From an uncultured archaeon (GTDB lineage Archaea; Thermoproteota; Nitrososphaeria; Nitrososphaerales; Gagatemarchaeaceae), in assembly GCA_963799775.1 (NCBI GenBank), contig CAWCYD010000003.1, forward strand, positions 608,001-672,000: a stretch of DNA of 64,000 nucleotides. The letters run 5' to 3'. The notes beneath the pieces are model-generated. The model was given only the letters and a program-made list of their open reading frames with translations. It was not told the origin of the DNA and made no database searches. Shown here piece after piece: positions 58,357-64,000 of this stretch (positions are counted from its first letter, which is position 1; the number at the start of each line of letters is the position of its first letter). Made by a program: the position numbers and the translations under genes.

Positions 58357-61300
58357 TTGAATATCTTAGGCCGCAGGGCCGGCCCGTTAGTTATTGCAGT
58401 AGTTGCCGTCTTCTTGGCGTTTTCGGCCCTGGGTTATCATGCAGCTTCCGCAACAACAGGAACCACCACGAGTGTTTCATGCACTCCATCAATCACTGTC
58501 GGTAACCCCGCGACGTGCACGGTAACGGTAACACCAAGCTCTGCGGATGCAGCGACCGTCACCATCGCTCAAACAGGAGGAAGCGGGGCCGTGACCGGTT
58601 CGAGCTGCATGACAAGCCCGGCAAACAGTGAGACGTGTACTACAAACCTACCCAGCACCGGTGCAGGAAGCGTTACTGTGACGGCGACCTACCCAGCTGA
58701 TAGTAACTTCATGACGAGCTCCGACCCAACGAGCTTCACAGTGAATCCAGCCCAGAGCAGTGTTTTCGTCAGTTGTGCTCCCTCACCTGTCGTCGTTGGC
58801 ACCTCGACCACGTGCACCGCCACCGTCGGCGGGTATGGTACGCCTTCGGGAACTGTGACTTTCACACAACCGACAGGGACAGGGACCACTTCGCTCGTAG
58901 GTCCGGGCACCACGTGCGCCCTAAGTTCAGGGACTTGCCAGGTCACCGTCTCGACCACCGCGGCAGGGGGAGCCGGCATATTGGCCTCGTATCCGGGTGA
59001 TGGCGTGAACAACAAGGCGGGCTCGGGTTCGACAAACCTCACTATCAACCAAGTCACCAGCACGACGACGGTGGTCTGTGCGCCCTCGACCTTGATAGTC
59101 GGTCAGCCGGCCACGTGCTCGGCGACGGTGAGTGGGTATAATCCTACAGGCATCATCAATTGGCAGTCGACGGACAGAAGCGGCATTTTCTCCGCGAATC
59201 CATGCATGCTCAACTCGGGCTCATGCGGCGTATCGTATACACCCACCTCCTCGGCGACCATAACCGCGAGCTACTCCGGCGACCAGAACAACATCGGCGG
59301 CTTTGGGACGTTTGCGATCTCGACCCACGTCAACGAGCTGATCCAGGTCGTGGTGGCCAACTCCGGGCCACCGACGCCTCTGAGCCTGTCGGGTTGCTTC
59401 GTCTCTCCGAACACCATAGTCGCTAACGGGACCGCCCAGAAAGTGGAAGTGGCCTCGGCCTGCTCTCTCACGGTGACCCTTCCCTCCGCAGGCGTGAGCT
59501 CCCAGTATGTCACTTCTTCGGGGCTCAACGCCCTGACCATCGGCAGCTGCAACACGGCCACCTGCCAGAGCTATTCTGCAATCATATACTACCAGACCCA
59601 GAACACCTACCAGGCCTTCCCGAAGAGTCCTTCCGCATGGGGTTCGCCGGGGACGATAGTCGTCAACGGCACCCAGCTCGGCTCTAGCGGCCAGACAGTC
59701 TGCTCAATCAAGGTCAGCACAGGCGCGGGCGAGTTCTCATGTGAGGGGTGGACAGACTACAACACCCAGGCGCTCATGGGCTTCCTCCAGCTCTCTCAGC
59801 AGCAGAGATGGGCGAGCCCTCAGAGCTCCTTCACCGACACGTCTGGCGGGAATCAGCACCCCGCAAATTACTTCCTGCAGGTCCTGGAGGGCTTCAGCTA
59901 CTCCGTGATTGGCTCGAGCGGCGCCCCATCGTCGCCAACGCTCTCTTTCACTTCATTGGGCTCGCCGAACTCCTCTCCCCTCATCGGATCCGCCACATCC
60001 ATCTGGCTTGACTCTGGCTCGAGTTGGGCGGTCCCCCAAAGCTTGACGGGCTCGTCGAGCACCGAGAGGTGGCAGACGACGGTCACAACGGGAGCAGCGA
60101 CGGCCAACAAGACGGCGACCATCGTCTATTATCACCAGTTCCTGGTCGACTTTGGCTTCTCTATCGTTGGGGGAGGGACGGCCTACGTCTCCCCGCTCGT
60201 GCAGTTCACCTCCTTCGGAGCACCAGCTAGCGGGACTCAGAACTGGGTCGACGCTGGGAGCCCGTTCAACTACACCAACCCTCTCGCGGGTTCCACATCG
60301 GTAGAGAGATGGCTCGCCGCCTCGCCAAAGGGAACGGTGTCATCCTCGACCACCGTCAATCCGACCTATTACCATCAGTTCGCTTTCAACGTGAACTTCA
60401 CGGTGTCAGGGGGAGGCGCCTACAACAACCCGAGGTTCAACTTCACCGCGATGGGAGTCCCCACCCTGCAGCAGCTCAGCTCGACGCAGTCCACCTATTG
60501 GCTGGACGCGACCACGCCCTGGAGCATCAACTCTCTCCTACCGAGTTCGAACTTCTCGGAGCAGTGGATAACGACGCGCGTCTCCTCAGGGACCGCGACC
60601 TCGCCTTTCATCGCGGACTACCTCTACTACCACCAGTATCTGGCGACCATCCATTACAGCATCCTGGGCTCGGGCGGCTCCCCTCCAGTGCCCTCGATGA
60701 ACTTCACTTCAATCAGCAATACCCAGTCGGCGCACCTCAACAAGACCGCGACGACCTATTGGATGGACGCGGGAAGCTCATGGGTCGCGCCGGTCATCCT
60801 TCCCGGGATACATGACGAGCGCTGGCTCTCCAACATGACGGTCGCCGCGCTGGTTGACCAGCCCTTCAGCACCAACGTCCAGTACGCGCACCAGTTCTTC
60901 GTCTCTGTGGAGGTGAGCACGCCCGCGGGAGGCCAGGTCGCGAACACCGACCAGTGGAGGAACCAGGGCGACACCGAGATACTCAACGCGACATCTGCCA
61001 AGTTTTGGAGCTTCGCATACTGGAAGGGCGCCACGCCGTTCTCTTACAACGGGACGATGGCCCTGCCCACTCTGTTGGTCACAGGCACCGCCAACGAGAC
61101 GGCGATCTTCTTCCCTGGCCTGACGATATCAGCAGAGAGCCAGGGCTCAGTTTCCTACTCCTACGGCAAGATAAACGGGACCGTCCCCGCCGGGGCGAGC
61201 ATGACGATCTACCCGCCCCCGGGCAGGAACGTCACCCTCACCGCCATCCCTGACAACGTCGAGATAATGTTCGGGGGATGGACGGGGGTGCTCGCCAACT

Positions 61301-61479
61301 CGCAGCTCCAGTCCTCGGTCGCCATCAGTTCGCCCGGGCTTGTCCACGCCAGCTTCGCCCTGGACTACACCGACATCCGGACCTTCGCCATCGCGACCCT
61401 CGTCATCTTCGTGGCAGGCTGCTACGTCTTCGTCATCAGGCGCGGGTTCGCGCCCAAGATAAGGCCGTCGAAGACCTAG
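58357..61479 (+). CDS. Large surface protein (1040 aa) with Cys-Ig-like and QY-type repeats, C-terminal TM anchor
   Basis: Signal peptide, three V.C.P...TC.ATV units, several YYHQ[FY] repeats, TM followed by RR. Confidence 0.85.
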   Translation: MNILGRRAGPLVIAVVAVFLAFSALGYHAASATTGTTTSVSCTPSITVGNPATCTVTVTPSSADAATVTIAQTGGSGAVTGSSCMTSPANSETCTTNLPSTGAGSVTVTATYPADSNFMTSSDPTSFTVNPAQSSVFVSCAPSPVVVGTSTTCTATVGGYGTPSGTVTFTQPTGTGTTSLVGPGTTCALSSGTCQVTVSTTAAGGAGILASYPGDGVNNKAGSGSTNLTINQVTSTTTVVCAPSTLIVGQPATCSATVSGYNPTGIINWQSTDRSGIFSANPCMLNSGSCGVSYTPTSSATITASYSGDQNNIGGFGTFAISTHVNELIQVVVANSGPPTPLSLSGCFVSPNTIVANGTAQKVEVASACSLTVTLPSAGVSSQYVTSSGLNALTIGSCNTATCQSYSAIIYYQTQNTYQAFPKSPSAWGSPGTIVVNGTQLGSSGQTVCSIKVSTGAGEFSCEGWTDYNTQALMGFLQLSQQQRWASPQSSFTDTSGGNQHPANYFLQVLEGFSYSVIGSSGAPSSPTLSFTSLGSPNSSPLIGSATSIWLDSGSSWAVPQSLTGSSSTERWQTTVTTGAATANKTATIVYYHQFLVDFGFSIVGGGTAYVSPLVQFTSFGAPASGTQNWVDAGSPFNYTNPLAGSTSVERWLAASPKGTVSSSTTVNPTYYHQFAFNVNFTVSGGGAYNNPRFNFTAMGVPTLQQLSSTQSTYWLDATTPWSINSLLPSSNFSEQWITTRVSSGTATSPFIADYLYYHQYLATIHYSILGSGGSPPVPSMNFTSISNTQSAHLNKTATTYWMDAGSSWVAPVILPGIHDERWLSNMTVAALVDQPFSTNVQYAHQFFVSVEVSTPAGGQVANTDQWRNQGDTEILNATSAKFWSFAYWKGATPFSYNGTMALPTLLVTGTANETAIFFPGLTISAESQGSVSYSYGKINGTVPAGASMTIYPPPGRNVTLTAIPDNVEIMFGGWTGVLANSQLQSSVAISSPGLVHASFALDYTDIRTFAIATLVIFVAGCYVFVIRRGFAPKIRPSKT

Positions 61480-61485
61480 CCGGGC

Positions 61486-61869
61486 TCAGGTCGACTCTGA
61501 GAGCTTCCGCAGCCCTTCCGCCATCTTCGGGTTCGAAGTGTTGTCGCAGCAGAAGGCGAGGATCTTGAGCTGCCTCTTCACCTCGCCGTCCACCTCCGAC
61601 TTTAGCTTCGCGAGCTCGGCCTTCCCCTTGTTGGATATCACGTATCTCCTCACCGTCCCGCCCCTGCTGGGGAGCTCCACTATCAGCGCACCCTTCCGCA
61701 GCTCCTCGAGGAGGAAGTAGATGGAGCCGGGCCCGGGCTTCCAGATGCCGTCGCTCGTCTTTCGTATCTGCTCCTGGAGTTCGGCGCCGGAGAGGGAGGA
61801 TGTCGAGAAGAGCTGGAGCGAGACGAGCTTGAGGAGGCCCTTTGGGGCGCTTATCGTCACGGCGTCCAC
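61486..61869 (-). CDS. PadR-family regulator
   Basis: APKGLLK...WKPGPGSIY..L...YVISNKG. Confidence 0.88.
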   Translation of the reverse strand: MDAVTISAPKGLLKLVSLQLFSTSSLSGAELQEQIRKTSDGIWKPGPGSIYFLLEELRKGALIVELPSRGGTVRRYVISNKGKAELAKLKSEVDGEVKRQLKILAFCCDNTSNPKMAEGLRKLSEST

Positions 61870-61922
61870 CGGCGCCGAGGTTGGCTTAAATGCTCTGACC
61901 TGGGCCGGGTCGAAGCGCCGGC

Positions 61923-62892
61923 TTGCCCCACCATTGCCTCTCGCACGTCAAGGACATCGACGGCCTCTCATCAGCGGCTCTCGTGCTCGCGGCGAAGGGC
62001 GGGACGTTCAGGCTCACCGACTACGACGAGGTCCATCAAGGAGCTAGACGCCGTGCCGCCGACCGCGACGAGCCTCACGATCTGCGACCTCGGGACGAAC
62101 GCCTCGAACTTCCCTGACTTTGTAGCCCGGCTCAAGGCCCTGGCGTCGAGGATGCCCGTCACCTACATCGACCACCACTACCTCGCAGAGGAGGCCAGGG
62201 CCGAGATCGAGAAGACGGGGGTCGAGCTCAGGCACGACGTCCGCGACTGCGCGTCCACCCTCACCTACCTGACGTACAAGGCCAGCCTCCCGGAGCGGGC
62301 TCGACTGCTGGCCCTCTACGGGGCGGTCACGGACTACATGGACTCGAGCGCGGTCGCTGGCCAGATGATGGAGAGCCAGGACAGGCACTACGTGCTCCTG
62401 GAGGCGACGATGCTCTCCTACGCGCTCGCGAAGAACGGGAAGGACTACTCGTACGCGGACATGCTCGTGCGAGAGCTGGCGGCGATGAAGGCGCCCCACA
62501 CCATAGACGACGTCCCTGCCCAGGCGGTGGCCCAGGCGGAAGTCGTCAGGCAGCTCGCGGAGGAGGTGGGGACGAAGGGGCCCCGCCTGGGGAGGCTCGC
62601 CTACATGAAGACAGAGGAGAGCTCGACGGGCAACGTGGCGAAGCTCCTGCTGGGAGCGTTCGGCGTCCCGGTGGGCGTGGCCTACAAGGTCAAGGCGGAG
62701 GGAAGGGCCGAGTTCAGCTTGCGAAGCACCTCCGAGAGCAAGATCCACCTTGGCAAGGAGATAGGGGTCATAGCGCAGAAGCACGGTGGGAGCGGAGGGG
62801 GGCACGAGAAGGCCGCGGGATGCTCGGTGCCGATCTCTGAGGTGCAGGGCCTCCTGGCCGACCTGGAGTCGCGCCTCCGCGCAGCTTCGTAG
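61923..62892 (+). CDS. DHH/DHHA1-family phosphoesterase (frameshift near 62040)
   Basis: H..DIDG, ICDLG, IDHH, GGGHEKAAG. Confidence 0.88.
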
Positions 62893-62907
62893 CACGATTC
62901 ATTAGCG

Positions 62908-63433
62908 CTAACGGACGCTCGAGATCTCGGGATCCTTGACGGCCGCGTCGGAGGCGTCAGCGAGCTTCCTCAGAAGGGACATCAGCGTCTCGACCTCTTC
63001 TGGCTCCAGCGCTGAGAGCCCCTTCTCGATGAACTGCCTGTGCAGGTCCATGCCCTTATCGTAGGCGTCGTTCCCCTTTGCGGTTATCGCGATCAGGCAC
63101 CTCTCGCCTGTCCTCCTTGCTCCTCACGCGCTCCACCATCCCCCGCTCCTCGAGCTTGTCGACTATCCCGGTTATCGAGGGCTGGGAGAGCAGCGTGGCC
63201 GCGCAGAACCGGTTCATCGGCGAGGAGCCCTCCTCGCGAAGCACCCTGAAGACGCGCAGCTCGGCGGGCGTGAGGTCGAGCCTCAGGAGGTTCTTCTCCG
63301 CCCCGCGCTGGAGCCGCTTCCAGTTGTCGACCATCGAGCGCCAGAGCTCGACCTCGTCGACCGGCGCTGCCCGGGCGCTGCCCGAGGCCTTTGCCTTCCT
63401 GACGACCTGGCTGGAGGAACCCATAGCTCTCAC
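62908..63433 (-). CDS. MarR-family regulator (frameshift near 63096)
   Basis: LTPAELRV...SQPSITGIVDKLEERGMVER...EDRR, continuing LIAITAKG...KDPEISSVR*. Confidence 0.88.
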
Positions 63434-64000
63434 TTCTGCCCCTTCTCGTTCGCCGGCGCGTCCATGGGAGATGCGACCGACTTCGCGACTGGGACGACCT
63501 GTGGCTGGGCCTCTCGCGCGGGGATGGCCGCTACGGGCTCGACCTGCTTCCTCTTGCCCATGCCGAACCAGGTGGTGGCCGCCGCGACGTAGGACATCGC
63601 CGAGCCGATGTAGAAGGCGTCGTGAAGCGCGGACATGAAGGCCGGTGCTATCGCGGTGGGGAAGAAGGTGAGGTCGGTCAGGTGGGCCTGCGTCGCTGCC
63701 GGCAGCGAGCTCATGACCGAGGCCGGGATGAGCGCGCCGATTGGGTTGTATCCCAGGAATGCCGCGAAGAGAGCAGAGGTCGGCGGGAGGCCCTTGAACG
63801 CGCTCGCGAGTTGGGGAGCCCCGGCGCTGGTCACTGCCGCCGTGAGCGCGGGTGCTAGGCTCGCCCCGAGCGCCACCAAGACGATCGAGAAGAAGACGGC
63901 GGTGCTCGCGGTCATCCCGGTGTTCTGGACGGTGGCCCTCATGCCCGACGCGGCCCCTCTCGTCTCAGGAGGGACGGAGTTCATTATCGCGACGGTGTTG
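63430..64000 (-). CDS. MFS (DHA2-type) transporter, C-terminal part
   Basis: NTVAIMNSVPPETRGAASG, FAAFLGYNP, AFMSALHDAF. Confidence 0.85.
   Translation of the reverse strand, partial: NTVAIMNSVPPETRGAASGMRATVQNTGMTASTAVFFSIVLVALGASLAPALTAAVTSAGAPQLASAFKGLPPTSALFAAFLGYNPIGALIPASVMSSLPAATQAHLTDLTFFPTAIAPAFMSALHDAFYIGSAMSYVAAATTWFGMGKRKQVEPVAAIPAREAQPQVVPVAKSVASPMDAPANEKGQK

Noticed and set aside
1-64000. Widespread pseudogenisation, phase variation or programmed frameshifting (about 15 split genes)
   Set aside because: Breaks are single-base, often in short homopolymers, affect unrelated genes (mscL, DHH, MarR, oxidoreductase) and lack accompanying nonsense decay. This is typical of unpolished long reads. 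Read data are needed to rescue any single case, e.g. the C7 run near 47535.

Overview
Archaeal chromosomal segment, most consistent with a GC-rich non-ammonia-oxidising Nitrososphaerota (Thaumarchaeota) or related TACK lineage. This is inferred from a TackOD1-like gene, class III signal-peptide pilins, TATA-box/leaderless promoters and a small protein resembling a thaumarchaeal conserved hypothetical. The window holds: (i) a type IV pilus locus (14.1-33.5 kb) with eight pilin-like genes, two TadC-like platform genes and an assembly ATPase with a 532-aa LAGLIDADG intein in its P-loop; (ii) several KaiC/RAD55-like ATPases or inactive derivatives, plus a kinase-free sensory/regulatory cluster (V4R, ACT, membrane sensors, PadR, HTH_45, TrmB, CBS, vWA); (iii) four large surface proteins, three built from shared modules; (iv) many toxin-antitoxin modules and remnants; (v) two TnpB-only elements with similar 3' ends. 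Best novelty candidates are a 77-aa putative secreted precursor with three identical NGDPGGNGGPN cores differing only at synonymous sites (49653-49886, possible archaeal peptide signal beside membrane sensors and a regulator), and a GAACAAnTTGTTC palindrome exactly 7 nt upstream of the TATA box at three pilus-locus promoters. About 15 genes carry single-base frameshifts, often in short homopolymers, which suggests long-read assembly errors, so split ORFs are treated as single genes. No rRNA, tRNA or CRISPR array was seen. All family assignments are from motif recognition by eye, not database searches.
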